A stretch of 51,939 bases of DNA. It comes from Desulfatiglandales bacterium. Its GTDB lineage: Bacteria; Desulfobacterota; DSM-4660; Desulfatiglandales; HGW-15. The DNA is taken from NCBI GenBank assembly GCA_030145585.1, contig JAQYVK010000191.1, forward strand, positions 1-51,939, in the 5' to 3' direction. A program made the translations under genes and the position numbers. Shown one piece after another: positions 36,585-47,237 of this stretch; the stretch's first letter is position 1; each line of letters begins with the position of its first letter. Below the pieces are notes generated by a model, which saw nothing but the letters and a program-made list of their open reading frames with translations, searched no databases and was not told the DNA's origin.

Positions 36585-37409
36585 CTACCCAGTCGTTTTA
36601 TCATTGCCTAGGGCTTGTAAATCCTCACCATCCACCGCTTTGGGTATGGCTTCCATTGGGCCTTTGTCCACTGCGCGTTTTTTGTGAAATCTGTATAGCG
36701 TTATGACAGGGCCGGACAAGACATAGAGTAGCATAATAATAAAAAGCAGTATTTTCGGCCTATAGGCGATGACCAAACAAATCAAGATGATGGAGACCAG
36801 TACGTTAAATGGTTTTTGGTTTCGGATATCGAATTTTTTAAAATTCAGGTAATCCACCGAGCTCACCATTAAAAAGGATAAAGTGTAAATCATGACAATG
36901 ATGAGAAGGGATTTATACTTCTCAATCCCATTCAGGGCACTCGCTAATAATATCGCCGAAGCGATAAAACAAGCGGCCGAAGGAATCGGCAGCCCCTTAA
37001 AGGAATTGACATCCAGAGTGTTTTTTTGAACGTTGAATCGAGCAAGCCGTAATGCCCCGCAAATCACATACATAAAAGCGGCGAGCCAACCTAATCGACC
37101 AAAGGAATGAAGGGCCCACTGGAAGGCTAAAATACCGGGCGCTACGCCAAATGCCACAAGATCCGACAGGGAGTCATACTCTTTCCCGAAAAGACTGGTC
37201 GTACGCGTGATCCGGGCGATCCGGCCGTCGAGTCCGTCGAACACACAAGAGATCACAATCGCAATGGCGGCCGCTTCATATCTCCCCTGTATTGAAGCAA
37301 TAATGGCATAAAATCCCCCAAAGAGGCTGGCCGATGTAAACAGGTTCGGCAGGACATAAATGCCCTTTCTTTCCTTTTTCGTTGGTCGCTTTTTTCGTTT
37401 TCTTTTCAT
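36585..37409 (-). CDS. pssA: CDP-diacylglycerol--serine O-phosphatidyltransferase
   Basis: Contains the CDP-alcohol phosphatidyltransferase motif (DGLDGRIARITRTTSLFGKEYDSLSD). It has multiple TM helices. Confidence 0.9.
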   Translation of the reverse strand: MKRKRKKRPTKKERKGIYVLPNLFTSASLFGGFYAIIASIQGRYEAAAIAIVISCVFDGLDGRIARITRTTSLFGKEYDSLSDLVAFGVAPGILAFQWALHSFGRLGWLAAFMYVICGALRLARFNVQKNTLDVNSFKGLPIPSAACFIASAILLASALNGIEKYKSLLIIVMIYTLSFLMVSSVDYLNFKKFDIRNQKPFNVLVSIILICLVIAYRPKILLFIIMLLYVLSGPVITLYRFHKKRAVDKGPMEAIPKAVDGEDLQALGNDKTTG

Positions 37410-38074
37410 GTTAAATACCCCAGTTTCGTTTCACCAGCCTTGACTTTCTGATGCATTTTGCCAAGGAGGCGAGTGCCCTTAGGAATATAGACATCTAATC
37501 GGGAGCCGAATCGGATCAGTCCGCACCTCTGCCCTGATCCCACCCTGTCTCCTGTTTTTATCCAGCAAACAATACGCCTGGCAACCAATCCAGCTATCTG
37601 AACAAAGACAATCTTATGTCCCTGATCCGTCTGAAGGGTGATGCTGTTATTTTCATTCTGCTCAGAGGCCTTATCCAGGTTTGCTGAAAAAAATTTACCC
37701 GGATGATAATCTATTTTTGAGATCCTGCCCCGGATAGGAACCCGATTGACGTGAACGCTGAAGATGGACATAAAAATACTTACCTTAATGGCAGATTCGC
37801 CCAGGGGATTTTGCCCATCGTTGAGATATTGGATATCGATGATTCGACCGTCTGCCGGAGTCAGCACCGTCTTCTCGTCACCATGGATGAGGCGGTTCGG
37901 ATCGCGGAAAAAATAGATCGTAAAAACAGTCAATATCCCAAAAAAAACAGCCACAAACAAAAAGCCCGAGTAAAAACAAAGGAGGGTTATGGCGCTTCCA
38001 ATCCCAATGAAGGGAAGGCCCTCCCACGCGACGGGCAATCGATTGTTGATTCTTTTATCGGCAAAACTGGACAA
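37406..38074 (-). CDS. psd: phosphatidylserine decarboxylase proenzyme (short Asd/Psd type)
   Basis: 222 aa with the self-cleavage region (IRFGSRLDVYIP). It has a TTG start and overlaps pssA by 4 nt. Confidence 0.85.
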   Translation of the reverse strand: MSSFADKRINNRLPVAWEGLPFIGIGSAITLLCFYSGFLFVAVFFGILTVFTIYFFRDPNRLIHGDEKTVLTPADGRIIDIQYLNDGQNPLGESAIKVSIFMSIFSVHVNRVPIRGRISKIDYHPGKFFSANLDKASEQNENNSITLQTDQGHKIVFVQIAGLVARRIVCWIKTGDRVGSGQRCGLIRFGSRLDVYIPKGTRLLGKMHQKVKAGETKLGYLT

Positions 38075-38305
38075 GGGTTCAGGTTATCTCCTTCTACTGC
38101 GGGGATGTCCAACCGATAATATTCCCCTCCGCCCGTGCCGATGGGGAAACGAGACACTTAGCCTAAGAAACCTTCGACCAATGGTCGCAGTTTCTTCTGC
38201 TGTTCGTAAGAACAGCCGCCGTCTTGCTGAAAGGGACTTTCAGCCGGACGGCCGGAATGCCCCGATCCGTGATCAGGACCCATTCCGCAAAGCCATGTAA
38301 TTCTA

Positions 38306-39058
38306 TTATTTCCTATCATGATTTGTCAACGCCCCTTCTACCTGAGGCCCCGGTGGTGGTTCATCCTTTAAAAGGGGGATGGGGTTGGGCCTAATATCCG
38401 GGGGGCTAAGATATGAGGGCACAAGGTCCCGAAGTTCATCAAAATCCTGTTGATGGAACCGCTCAAGCCCTAGGGCTCCCACAGCAGAGGCCCGCAGATT
38501 CCACAAGGACGCAGGTGCCAGCAGCGCCTTTCGACCACACAATTTGACGATTTCAGGTTTCTGACCGTTGATATCATTCCCCAAAAAGAGCGTTTTCCCA
38601 TCGATGAAAGTGGGAAGGTCTTTCATAGGCAAACAGGCATCCTCCTTAAACCTCACCATTTTCCCCTCATCAGACCATTGAAAAAGAGCCGCAAAAACCT
38701 CCCCCTTCCTGGAATTGATGATTGGGCAGACAGGATGGCGGGTGTGAGGCAATTGATTCGCCATCGCCCCAAGACTCGATACACCGATAATGGGTATATG
38801 CAGGCCCTGACAAAAGCCTTTGGCCGCAGAAAGCCCAACCCTCAATCCGGTGAAACTACCTGGTCCTGTCGCCACGATGATGGACTCGATATGCTCTACT
38901 CGCTGCAAAGACCTCGTCAAGAGGTCGTCAAGGGTCGGCATGAACCCTTTGAAGCTTTTCGATCCCGGCGTCATAAAATACTCCGCCATGACGACCCCGT
39001 TTTCCTCCATGAGGGCCATGCTATACTGGATGGTAGATGTATTCAGGGACAAAATCAT
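38306..39058 (-). CDS. tsaB: tRNA threonylcarbamoyladenosine (t6A) biosynthesis protein TsaB
   Basis: 250 aa with IVATGPGSFTGLRVGLSAAKGF. Confidence 0.85.
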   Translation of the reverse strand: MILSLNTSTIQYSMALMEENGVVMAEYFMTPGSKSFKGFMPTLDDLLTRSLQRVEHIESIIVATGPGSFTGLRVGLSAAKGFCQGLHIPIIGVSSLGAMANQLPHTRHPVCPIINSRKGEVFAALFQWSDEGKMVRFKEDACLPMKDLPTFIDGKTLFLGNDINGQKPEIVKLCGRKALLAPASLWNLRASAVGALGLERFHQQDFDELRDLVPSYLSPPDIRPNPIPLLKDEPPPGPQVEGALTNHDRK

Positions 39059-39061
39059 GGG

Positions 39062-40141
39062 TTATTCGAAAAGTCGGTTGATATCGTTATAAAAGACGAC
39101 GACCATGAGGAATATGAGTAGAAAAAGCCCCACTTTCTGGGCCACTTCACGCTTCTTGAAGCTGAGGGGCTTGCCGAGGATAAGTTCAATCAGCAGAAAA
39201 ATGATGACGCCACCATCTAAAATAGGGACAGGGAGGAGGTTTAAGATCCCTAGATTGATGCTGATGACTGCCATGAATGGAATCAGATAAACGAAGCTTT
39301 CTTGGGCCAGTTGGCCGGTCATCTGGCCGATTAAGATGGGCCCTCCTATGGTTTTAATCGGGATCACGCGTTGAAAAAGTTTTACGACGGTCAAGCAGGT
39401 CAATTCGACGACTTCCCCGGTCTTTCGAAATCCCTCTTTAACCGCCTGCCATGGCCCCAAATCCAGTTTCTTGGTTTTTCCAGAGGATACGATCCCGATG
39501 AGGGCGGATTTGATCTCTTCTCCGAAAATATTTTTTTCGACCGCCGCCTCCGGTATGACCGTCAGGCTCAAAACCTGCTCTTCCCTCTGAATCGTGACGA
39601 TCAAGGGTACACCCACCTGATCTTTAACCGCTTTTTTAATCATAGACCAGCTTTCCACCTGATTACCTTGAACGGTGAGGATCACATCACCTTTCATGAG
39701 ACCCGCTTTTTGAGCGGGGGATCCTGCCCGTACCTGTCCAATTTCTGAGGTGAGCACGTAATTTCCGGAAACAATGTAGAGCCCAATGAACAGGAATAAG
39801 GCCAACAACATGTTAAAAATCGGCCCCGCGGCTACGATGGCAATCCTTGTGATGACCTTTTGATTGTTGAAAGACCTTTCCGCCTCTTCGGGTGCAAGCT
39901 CTTCCGATTCATCATCGTTTTCACCCAACATTTTCACATACCCCCCAAGGGGGACCGTGGAAATCACATATTCCGTTTCACCAACCTTTTTCCCGATTAG
40001 TTTGAACCCAAATCCGAGTGAAAACTTGAGCACCTTAACATTAAAGAATTTGGCAACCAGGAAATGCCCCAATTCGTGAAAAAAAATCAAAATTCCCAAA
40101 ACAACTATAAATGGGAAAAAATAGTATATGAAAAAATGCAT
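39062..40141 (-). CDS. rseP: RIP zinc metalloprotease RseP (site-2 protease)
   Basis: 359 aa with the HELGH motif in TM1, a PDZ domain and a C-terminal LPVPILDGG. Confidence 0.9.
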   Translation of the reverse strand: MHFFIYYFFPFIVVLGILIFFHELGHFLVAKFFNVKVLKFSLGFGFKLIGKKVGETEYVISTVPLGGYVKMLGENDDESEELAPEEAERSFNNQKVITRIAIVAAGPIFNMLLALFLFIGLYIVSGNYVLTSEIGQVRAGSPAQKAGLMKGDVILTVQGNQVESWSMIKKAVKDQVGVPLIVTIQREEQVLSLTVIPEAAVEKNIFGEEIKSALIGIVSSGKTKKLDLGPWQAVKEGFRKTGEVVELTCLTVVKLFQRVIPIKTIGGPILIGQMTGQLAQESFVYLIPFMAVISINLGILNLLPVPILDGGVIIFLLIELILGKPLSFKKREVAQKVGLFLLIFLMVVVFYNDINRLFE

Positions 40142-40211
40142 GGTTTACCTTTCATGGTTTAGGCTGTGGGATCGTGCAATAAACATACCACGTCATTGTA
40201 CACTAGAAGTT

Positions 40212-40258
40212 ATCTCAAAAACAGGAAAATAGTTCGAGCTATTTGGCATTTTTGAGAT
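40212..40258 (-). other. intercistronic stem-loop between dxr and rseP
   Basis: The outer stem pairs ATCTCAAAAA (40212-40221) with TTTTTGAGAT (40249-40258), a perfect 10 bp. The inner stem pairs AAATAG (40227-40232) with CTATTT (40239-40244). On the transcribed strand it lies 22 nt downstream of the dxr stop. Confidence 0.5.
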
Positions 40259-40279
40259 GGTTTATAGCATAATATAGGG

Positions 40280-41440
40280 TTAATAATCCCCGCTTTCAAG
40301 CAATTCCCGGGCCTTTTCTCGTGCCCACTTATCCGCTTCGATCACTTTTTCAATCCTGCCCACCGAATATGTTTGGTGGGCTTCCATGGTCTTTTTAATC
40401 AACCCAGAAATCTGAAGGAACCCAATCCGCTTATTCAGAAATGACTCGACGGCAATCTCATTGGCCCCGTTCATGACAGCCGGCATACTGTCCCCAACTT
40501 CCACCGCCCTAAAAGCGAGGGAGAGGCACTCAAACCTCTCAAGATCCGGTTTTTCAAAACTCAGCGTTCCGATTTCATCGAGTTCCAATCGAGTGAGAGA
40601 CGTCTCTTCATGACGAGGAAATGAGAGGGCATAGGATATGGGCATGATCATATCCGGGATCCCCATCTGAGCAATAATGGAGCCATCACGATATTCAACC
40701 ATGGAATGGACAATGCTTTGGGGATGGATAACGATGTTTATCTGGTCGGTATTCAGATCAAAGAGCCACTTGGCTTCGATGAGCTCGAGCCCTTTGTTCA
40801 TCAAGGTGGCCGAATCAATGCTGATCTTCGGCCCCATATTCCAATTGGGGTGTTTCAGAGCCTGTTCGGGTGTCGCTCCTCTCATTTCTTCAAGGGTCCA
40901 TTCTTTGAATGGGCCACCCGAAGCCGTCAGTATTATGCGACTCAAGTCCTCTCTAGGGTGTCCTTGGAGGGATTGGAGAACAGCACTGTGTTCACTGTCG
41001 ATGGGCATGATGGATACGCCCTGTTTTTTCGCCTGATCCATCACAAGGGGCCCGGCCATGACCATGGTTTCCTTGTTGGCCAGTGCGATATCCTTGCCCG
41101 CTTCAATCGCGGCATAGGTTGGAACCAGACCCGCGGCCCCTGTCATGGCAGAGATCACCGTGTCGACCAGGTCCATAGTAGCCAACCGGACAAATCCGTC
41201 CTCTCCGGAATAGACCTCGGGACCGGTATGATTCAGCCGGGCCCTTAAGCGTTCTGCAAGGTCCTCTTCAAGGATCGCCACAACTTCAGGTTGAAATTTT
41301 TCTATCTGCTGTAAGAGGAGGTCGATGTTACGGCCGGCGGCCAATGCGACCGCCTTATATTTTTCGGGGTTTAACTCTATGACCCTGAGTGAGCTTTGAC
41401 CAATGGACCCCGTAGAACCTAAAACCGCTATCTTTTTCAT
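40280..41440 (-). CDS. dxr: 1-deoxy-D-xylulose-5-phosphate reductoisomerase
   Basis: 386 aa with [18 protein letters not shown] and the rest of the DXR core. Confidence 0.95.
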   Translation of the reverse strand: MKKIAVLGSTGSIGQSSLRVIELNPEKYKAVALAAGRNIDLLLQQIEKFQPEVVAILEEDLAERLRARLNHTGPEVYSGEDGFVRLATMDLVDTVISAMTGAAGLVPTYAAIEAGKDIALANKETMVMAGPLVMDQAKKQGVSIMPIDSEHSAVLQSLQGHPREDLSRIILTASGGPFKEWTLEEMRGATPEQALKHPNWNMGPKISIDSATLMNKGLELIEAKWLFDLNTDQINIVIHPQSIVHSMVEYRDGSIIAQMGIPDMIMPISYALSFPRHEETSLTRLELDEIGTLSFEKPDLERFECLSLAFRAVEVGDSMPAVMNGANEIAVESFLNKRIGFLQISGLIKKTMEAHQTYSVGRIEKVIEADKWAREKARELLESGDY

Positions 41441-42399
41441 TTTTGCGAAAGGAGATCCCTAAAATATTTTATGGTTCTTCCTAGTCCCTTTTCCAGATCA
41501 ATCTTGGGCTCCCATCCAAGTTTCTCCCTTGCAAGGCTTATATCCGGCTGCCGTCTCTGAGGATCATCCTTTGGGGCAGGGTGAAACTCAAGACGGGATT
41601 TTGACCCGGTCAGCCGGATAACTTGTTCGGCAAGCTCTGAGATCTTGTGTTCGACCGGATTCCCTAAATTTACGGGACCGGTAAAGTCATCCGGTGCATC
41701 CATCATATTTACCATCCCCTCGATCAAGTCATCCACAAAACAGAATGACCTTGTCTGAGAGCCGTCTCCAAAAATAGTAATCGCCTCATCTTTCAAGGCC
41801 TGGATGATAAAATTACTGATCACCCTTCCGTCATTGGGGTGCATGTTGGGTCCGTAGGTGTTAAAGATCCTAACGACCCTGATGTTCACCTTGTTTTGTC
41901 TGTAATAATCGAAGAATAGGGTCTCTGCACAACGCTTCCCCTCATCGTAACAGGCCCTTATCCCGATCGTATTGACATTCCCCCAATAGGACTCCGGTTG
42001 CGGATGGACGGCCGGGTCACCATATATCTCACTCGTTGATGCCTGTAAAATTTTTGCTTTGACCCTTTTTGCCAGGCCCAACATATGGATCGCTCCCATG
42101 ACACTGGTCTTTGTCGTTTTCACCGGGTTATACTGATAATGGATGGGAGACGCCGGGCATGCCAGATTATAAATTTGATCTACTTCCATGAATATGGGGT
42201 TTACGAGATCATGTCTTATGAGCTCGAAGTGTCTGTCATCCATGAGGTCAAAGATATTCCTCTTTTGTCCGGTGAAATAATTATCCAGACAAAGAACAAA
42301 ATGCCCCCGTTCCAGCAACTTCTTGCATAGATGCGAACCTAAAAACCCCGCCCCGCCCGTAACCAGGATCCTTTCCCTGTCATATGAATAAGCTGTCAT
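41437..42399 (-). CDS. UDP-glucuronic acid decarboxylase (UDP-xylose synthase, extended SDR)
   Basis: 320 aa with [25 protein letters not shown] and YDEGKR. It overlaps the dxr start by 4 nt. Confidence 0.9.
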   Translation of the reverse strand: MTAYSYDRERILVTGGAGFLGSHLCKKLLERGHFVLCLDNYFTGQKRNIFDLMDDRHFELIRHDLVNPIFMEVDQIYNLACPASPIHYQYNPVKTTKTSVMGAIHMLGLAKRVKAKILQASTSEIYGDPAVHPQPESYWGNVNTIGIRACYDEGKRCAETLFFDYYRQNKVNIRVVRIFNTYGPNMHPNDGRVISNFIIQALKDEAITIFGDGSQTRSFCFVDDLIEGMVNMMDAPDDFTGPVNLGNPVEHKISELAEQVIRLTGSKSRLEFHPAPKDDPQRRQPDISLAREKLGWEPKIDLEKGLGRTIKYFRDLLSQK

Positions 42400-42564
42400 C
42401 GCAAACCCGTCCCACTCCTTTCCAGATCGTTAATAATACCCCTCTTGTCCTCCATGATAGGCTGATGCCGGATGCCGGTCGCCTCTATCCACCATTGCTC
42501 CCTTCGGTCTGAACCCCCAGCCATGCCTTTTTGGTCTACGCCGGACCGGCATGGCGAAGCTCGG

Positions 42565-43368
42565 TTAGGATATCGACCAACTCAGAAATATATAGAGGGC
42601 GGGGATAGCGAACAAAAGACCATCGATCCTGTCAAGAACACCCCCATGGCCGGGTAGAATCTTACCCGAATCCTTTACTCCATGATTTCTTTTTAACAAG
42701 GACTCCGCAAGATCTCCGACCTGACTCAATATGGATAGAGAGGCTGCAAGAATCCATATAAACACATTGAGCCGGTAGACGGGAAAGAAATATGAGAAGA
42801 TGAGCACGGCGAGCAGACTGCTCAAAAACCCGCCTATGGCCCCTTCCCATGTTTTACCGGGACTCACTGAGGGATAGAGCTTGTGCTTCCCGAAAATTCT
42901 TCCAAAGTAGAATGCCCCAGTATCCGTCATAAAGATAACGAACAGGAGAAAAAATATCCAGATATTTCCCCTCGGGTGTTTGTCTATAAAAATGAGAAGC
43001 CCAAGGGGCAAACAGATATATAACAGGCCAAAGACGATTTTTCCCATTTCCTCTTGGGCATGACCCCTTTGAGCCGGGTAAAAAAATAGCCAAAGACTAA
43101 CGGGGATAATCACCCATAAAGAGGCGACCGCGAGGATCATGAAAAAAGGTCCGCGCGCAATAAAATAAAATAGAAAAAAAGTGAGGGTGAGACATACAAT
43201 TTTAATGGGGATTGGTAGGCCGGGTGAGGTGATTTTGAAATATTCCAACAGGCCGATAATTGAAAAAAGAAGTATCAGTGCATACAACAGCCATCTGGGA
43301 CCAGGCCCGACGATATAGATCAGGGCAGGGATGGCAATAATACCCGTTAGCCATCTTTTAAGGTGCAT
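42565..43368 (-). CDS. cdsA: phosphatidate cytidylyltransferase
   Basis: 267-aa polytopic protein with the C-terminal signature (KRNHGVKDSGKILPGHGGVLDRIDGLLF). Confidence 0.9.
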   Translation of the reverse strand: MHLKRWLTGIIAIPALIYIVGPGPRWLLYALILLFSIIGLLEYFKITSPGLPIPIKIVCLTLTFFLFYFIARGPFFMILAVASLWVIIPVSLWLFFYPAQRGHAQEEMGKIVFGLLYICLPLGLLIFIDKHPRGNIWIFFLLFVIFMTDTGAFYFGRIFGKHKLYPSVSPGKTWEGAIGGFLSSLLAVLIFSYFFPVYRLNVFIWILAASLSILSQVGDLAESLLKRNHGVKDSGKILPGHGGVLDRIDGLLFAIPALYIFLSWSIS

Positions 43369-43531
43369 GGGACAGGGTGTTCTCCTTTTCCGGACCGTTA
43401 CCTAACTTCTATCTGGTGCAGGTTAGGATATCTTTTCTGAAATGCCTTGTGAGAGGCCTTCGTCATTTCAGGCCCCACTCCTCCCTTCCCCCAATCATTT
43501 GAGAAGGAAGTTCTTTTAGATCCTATTAGGA

Positions 43532-44257
43532 CTATTTTTCACCCGTAGCGCCGAATCGCCTCTCTCTTTTTTGGTATTCCTCGATGGCCTCCAAATACTC
43601 ATCTTTCCGGAATTCGGGCCACAGCGTGGGCGTAAAATAGAACTCCGTATAGGCCATTTGCCACAGAAGAAAATTACTGAGTCTGTATTCGGCGCTCGTT
43701 CTGATGAGTAGATCCGGGTCCGGCATACCCCCCGTGTAGAGAGAGTCCGAAATAATTTGCTCGGTTATCTTTTCTGAGGTTAAATCTCCCGATTCAACGC
43801 GCTTTGCAATCTTTTGGATGGCATCGGACACTTCTTGCCTGCTCCCATAGCTCAGGGCAAGGGTTAGAACCATGTCCTTGTTTCTTGAGGTCTTCTCAAC
43901 AGTTTTTTGCACTCTATCCTGGACATATTTGGGAAGTTTGTCGATTCTTCCGATAGTCTGAAAGCGGATGCCGTTATTCAGCATTTCATCCAACTCGCCC
44001 TTAAGGAACCGACTTAATAGCTTCATTAGGGCCTCGACCTCATACTTTGGTCTTTTCCAGTTCTCCTCTGAAAAAGCATAGAGAGTGAGCCAATGGATTC
44101 CAATTTCTCTGCTCGCCTTGACAATGTTCCTTACGGACCCGGCCCCTTCCTCATGGCCCCGAATTCGATTCATGACCTTTTTTTTGGCCCATCGTCCATT
44201 TCCGTCCATGATGATAGCGACGTGTTTGGGTAAATTTTGGGGATCAATATTTGGCAT
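43532..44257 (-). CDS. uppS: isoprenyl transferase (undecaprenyl diphosphate synthase)
   Basis: Contains HVAIIMDGNGRWA and ...RTSAEYRLSNFLLWQ. The ORF is open to a TTG at 44314. I chose the ATG at 44257 for its typical N-terminal length. The start is uncertain. Confidence 0.9.
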   Translation of the reverse strand: MPNIDPQNLPKHVAIIMDGNGRWAKKKVMNRIRGHEEGAGSVRNIVKASREIGIHWLTLYAFSEENWKRPKYEVEALMKLLSRFLKGELDEMLNNGIRFQTIGRIDKLPKYVQDRVQKTVEKTSRNKDMVLTLALSYGSRQEVSDAIQKIAKRVESGDLTSEKITEQIISDSLYTGGMPDPDLLIRTSAEYRLSNFLLWQMAYTEFYFTPTLWPEFRKDEYLEAIEEYQKRERRFGATGEK

Positions 44258-44326
44258 GATAAAAGTGTGGGGATTATTAGGTTTCAGTGGTGCATGTCTC
44301 GTGCCAAAGCACAAAGGGGGGGTGCT

Positions 44327-44887
44327 TTAGAATTCCATGATCTCTTTTTCTTTCTCTCCAGTAACGTCATCAATGTTCTTTATATTTTCATCGGTTACTT
44401 TCTGCACCTCATCCTGACCTTTGAACATTTCATCTTCGGAAATTTCCTTTTCCTGCTTCAATTCCTTTAATAATTCGTTCGCCTCACGCCTGTGATTACG
44501 GATTGAAATCTTGCCATCTTCAGCCATTTTTCTAGCCAGTTTAGCCAATTCCTTCCTTCGTTCCTCAGTAAGAGGCGGAATTGGGATGCGGATAATCTTG
44601 CCGTCATTCATGGGGGTCAATCCGAGTTCAGACTTTAATATGCTTTTCTCTATCTCCCCTATGATGGCTTGATCCCATGGCTTGACGGTAATCAAACGAC
44701 TCTCAGGGATAGAAATGGAGGCCACCTGATCCAGAGGCATCTGGGTGTCATAGCAACTGACCTTTATGCCATCCATGAGGGATGTGGATGCACGCCCGGT
44801 CCTGATTCTCATAAATTCCTTTTTCAGGATATCAATGGTTTTCATCATTTTTTGCCGACACTCTGATATGATTTCTTCTTTCATCAC
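44327..44887 (-). CDS. frr: ribosome recycling factor
   Basis: 186 aa of typical RRF sequence (...[32 protein letters not shown]...). Confidence 0.95.
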   Translation of the reverse strand: MMKEEIISECRQKMMKTIDILKKEFMRIRTGRASTSLMDGIKVSCYDTQMPLDQVASISIPESRLITVKPWDQAIIGEIEKSILKSELGLTPMNDGKIIRIPIPPLTEERRKELAKLARKMAEDGKISIRNHRREANELLKELKQEKEISEDEMFKGQDEVQKVTDENIKNIDDVTGEKEKEIMEF

Positions 44888-45612
44888 GTTTCCCCTGAAA
44901 TTAATGTCCCTACTGTTTCTCCGAAGACAACCTTTTTAATGTTGTCCTTCTTCCTAAGATTAAACACGATGATGGGCAAGTTTTGACCCATGGCAAGGGA
45001 TACGGCCGTCATGTCCATCACCTGTAAATTTTTTTGCAGGACCTCCATGTAAGTCAATCTCGTGTAGGGCTTTGAGGAGGGGTTTTTCTCCGGATCCGCG
45101 TCAAACACACCATCCACTTTTGTCGCCTTCAAAAGGACCTCCGCTTCTACTTCCATGGCCCTCAAAGCAGCGGCTGTATCCGTACTGAAATAGGGGTTGC
45201 CTGTACCGGCGCCAACCAAGACAACCCGATCCCTTTCCAAGTGTCTGATAGCCCTGCCTCTGATGTAGGGCTCGGCTATTTTGTTCATATCAATCGCTGA
45301 CATAACTCGGGTCTCAGAACCCATCCTGTTCAGGGCCTCACCCAGGGCTATGGCATTGATGATCGTGGCCAACATGCCCATATGATCTCCTGAGACCCTC
45401 CCCATCCCATACTCTGATGAATTCAGTCCCCTAAATATGTTTCCCCCACCGATCACAATCGCAATCTTCACACCCGACTGTTGAAGGTTGTGAATCTCTG
45501 CGGCTACAGTATTGAGGATCTTTGGGTCAATGCCAAATGCATTATTCCCCATTAAGGCTTCCCCGCTCAACTTGAGCAAGATCTTTCTAAAGCGGGGCTT
45601 GTTAACTGTCAT
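44884..45612 (-). CDS. pyrH: UMP kinase
   Basis: [22 protein letters not shown]... with GGGNIFRG. I prefer the ATG at 45612 to the track start at 45639. It overlaps the tsf stop by 11 nt. Confidence 0.95.
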   Translation of the reverse strand: MTVNKPRFRKILLKLSGEALMGNNAFGIDPKILNTVAAEIHNLQQSGVKIAIVIGGGNIFRGLNSSEYGMGRVSGDHMGMLATIINAIALGEALNRMGSETRVMSAIDMNKIAEPYIRGRAIRHLERDRVVLVGAGTGNPYFSTDTAAALRAMEVEAEVLLKATKVDGVFDADPEKNPSSKPYTRLTYMEVLQKNLQVMDMTAVSLAMGQNLPIIVFNLRKKDNIKKVVFGETVGTLISGET

Positions 45613-46207
45613 CCGATTCTCCCAATTGAAAACGGGCAAATCTACTGATCATGACATTCTCCCCTGTTTTGGCCATCAGATCAGTCACCAGATCCTGTAT
45701 GCTGTTATCAGGGTTTTTTACAAAGGCTTGCTCTAGGAGACAAACCTCTGAATAAAATTTTTTCATCTTTCCTTCGACTATCTTTTCGATGACCTTCTCC
45801 GGTTTTCCTGATTCCTTTGCCTGGGTGGCATAAATCTCACCCTCTCTTTCCAAGGTTTCAGCGGATAACCCTTCCCGATCGACCGAGACAGGATTGGTCG
45901 CTGCAATCTGCATAGCGATATCTTTCGCGAAGTTAGCAAAATCATCAGTCTTAGCGGAAAAATCAGTTTCACAGTTTACTTCCACAAGGACGCCGATTTT
46001 GCCCCCAGCATGAATATAAGACTGTACCAGGCCTTCCGAGGTTTGGCGCCCTCCCCTCTTTTTAGCCGTTGCGATCCCCTTCTTTCTCAGAAAATCGATA
46101 GCTTGCTTGACGTCACCCTTACATTCCTTGAGGGCCTTCTTGCAATCCATCATTCCAACTCCGGTTTCCTCCCTCAGTTCTTTTACTTGCGATGCACTTA
46201 TTTCCAA
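45602..46207 (-). CDS. tsf: translation elongation factor Ts (short form)
   Basis: 201 aa with a UBA-like N-terminus ([19 protein letters not shown]). It has a TTG start 1 nt after the rpsB stop, with a GGAGG Shine-Dalgarno sequence inside the rpsB 3' end. Confidence 0.9.
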   Translation of the reverse strand: MEISASQVKELREETGVGMMDCKKALKECKGDVKQAIDFLRKKGIATAKKRGGRQTSEGLVQSYIHAGGKIGVLVEVNCETDFSAKTDDFANFAKDIAMQIAATNPVSVDREGLSAETLEREGEIYATQAKESGKPEKVIEKIVEGKMKKFYSEVCLLEQAFVKNPDNSIQDLVTDLMAKTGENVMISRFARFQLGESDDS

Positions 46208-46208
46208 T

Positions 46209-47237
46209 TTATGAGACCTCCACGGTATTTTCCTTAGTTTCGACGTCTTTTTTCGTTTCTAAATCTTCCTTGTTTTCGATGTCTCCAGCCGTTTCGATGA
46301 CTTCCTCGTTTTCCGTGTCTCCGGCTGTTTCGATGTCTTCCTTACTTTCGATGTCTCCGGCCGTTTCGATGGTTTCCTTGCTTTCGATGTCTCCGGCCGT
46401 TTCGGTGGTTTCCTTGATTTTAAAGTCTTCCTTTTTGCTGATTCTTATGACTTCAGGTCCCCCTTTGTCCTCTTCGGTAGGCACAATCTCCGGCTCTTGA
46501 ATAGCCTCTGTTTCTTGCTCTTTATCCGATTCCGCCCTCAATCTCTCTTCGGCTAAGCTGTGCCCCTCAATACAGGCATCCGCTATCTTTGAACAAATCA
46601 ATCTGATTGCCCGAATCGCATCGTCATTTCCCGGAATAATGAAATCAATGTCATCCGGATCGCAATTGGTATCCGCAATCGCTATAAGGGGAATCCCCAG
46701 TTTTTTAACTTCCTTTACGGCTATACTCTCCTTTTTGGAATCAACGATAAAAACAGCGCCGGGCATTTTATCCATATCCTTGATGCCGCCCAGGTTCCTT
46801 TCTAACTTGAACAGGTCTTTTTCCAGCTTCAGGGCTTCTTTTTTTGTATAGCGGTTGATGGAGCCGTCCTCCTTCATGGCTTCCAACTCCTTAAGACGCG
46901 CTATACTCTTTCGTATGGTTTGAAAATTGGTCAAGGTCCCCCCAAGCCAACGGTTTACCACATAAAACATCCCACATCGTTCACTCTCCTCAACGATAGA
47001 TTCATGGGCCTGTTTTTTTGTCCCCACAAAAAGAACCGGATACCCGTCCGATACCGTTTGCACAATATATTCGTATGCCTTTTGAAAAAGATTCACAGTC
47101 TTTTGAAGATCTATGATGTGAATGCCGTTACGCGATCCGAATATATAGGGCTTCATTTTTGGATTCCAACGCCTCGTTTGATGACCAAAATGGACACCAG
47201 CCTCTAAAAGCGACTTCATATTAATCGATAATGCCAT
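46209..47237 (-). CDS. rpsB: 30S ribosomal protein S2 with an acidic repeat-containing C-terminal extension of about 85 aa
   Basis: The canonical S2 core ([19 protein letters not shown]...) is followed by an acidic tail. The tail contains [12 protein letters not shown]-like 12-aa units. Confidence 0.95.
   Translation of the reverse strand: MALSINMKSLLEAGVHFGHQTRRWNPKMKPYIFGSRNGIHIIDLQKTVNLFQKAYEYIVQTVSDGYPVLFVGTKKQAHESIVEESERCGMFYVVNRWLGGTLTNFQTIRKSIARLKELEAMKEDGSINRYTKKEALKLEKDLFKLERNLGGIKDMDKMPGAVFIVDSKKESIAVKEVKKLGIPLIAIADTNCDPDDIDFIIPGNDDAIRAIRLICSKIADACIEGHSLAEERLRAESDKEQETEAIQEPEIVPTEEDKGGPEVIRISKKEDFKIKETTETAGDIESKETIETAGDIESKEDIETAGDTENEEVIETAGDIENKEDLETKKDVETKENTVEVS
46260..46403 (-). 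repeat. in-frame 36-bp tandem repeat x4 inside the rpsB 3' end
   Basis: It encodes [12 protein letters not shown] / [12 protein letters not shown] / [12 protein letters not shown] / [12 protein letters not shown]. On the plus strand the unit reads gatgtctccggccgtttcgatggtttccttgctttc. Confidence 0.85.

Noticed and set aside
38281-38292. A CGCAAAGCC string reminiscent of the conserved core of c-di-GMP-I (GEMM) riboswitches.
   Set aside because: It is on the plus strand, with no downstream plus-strand gene. The other GEMM conserved elements and the tetraloop/receptor arrangement are not evident. It is probably a coincidence.
46192-46500. 102-aa plus-strand ORF with the striking peptide repeat [12 protein letters not shown].
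   Set aside because: It is the antisense reading of the 36-bp repeats in the rpsB 3' end. The repeat is explained by the S2 tail. The ORF also spans the tsf start / rpsB stop junction.
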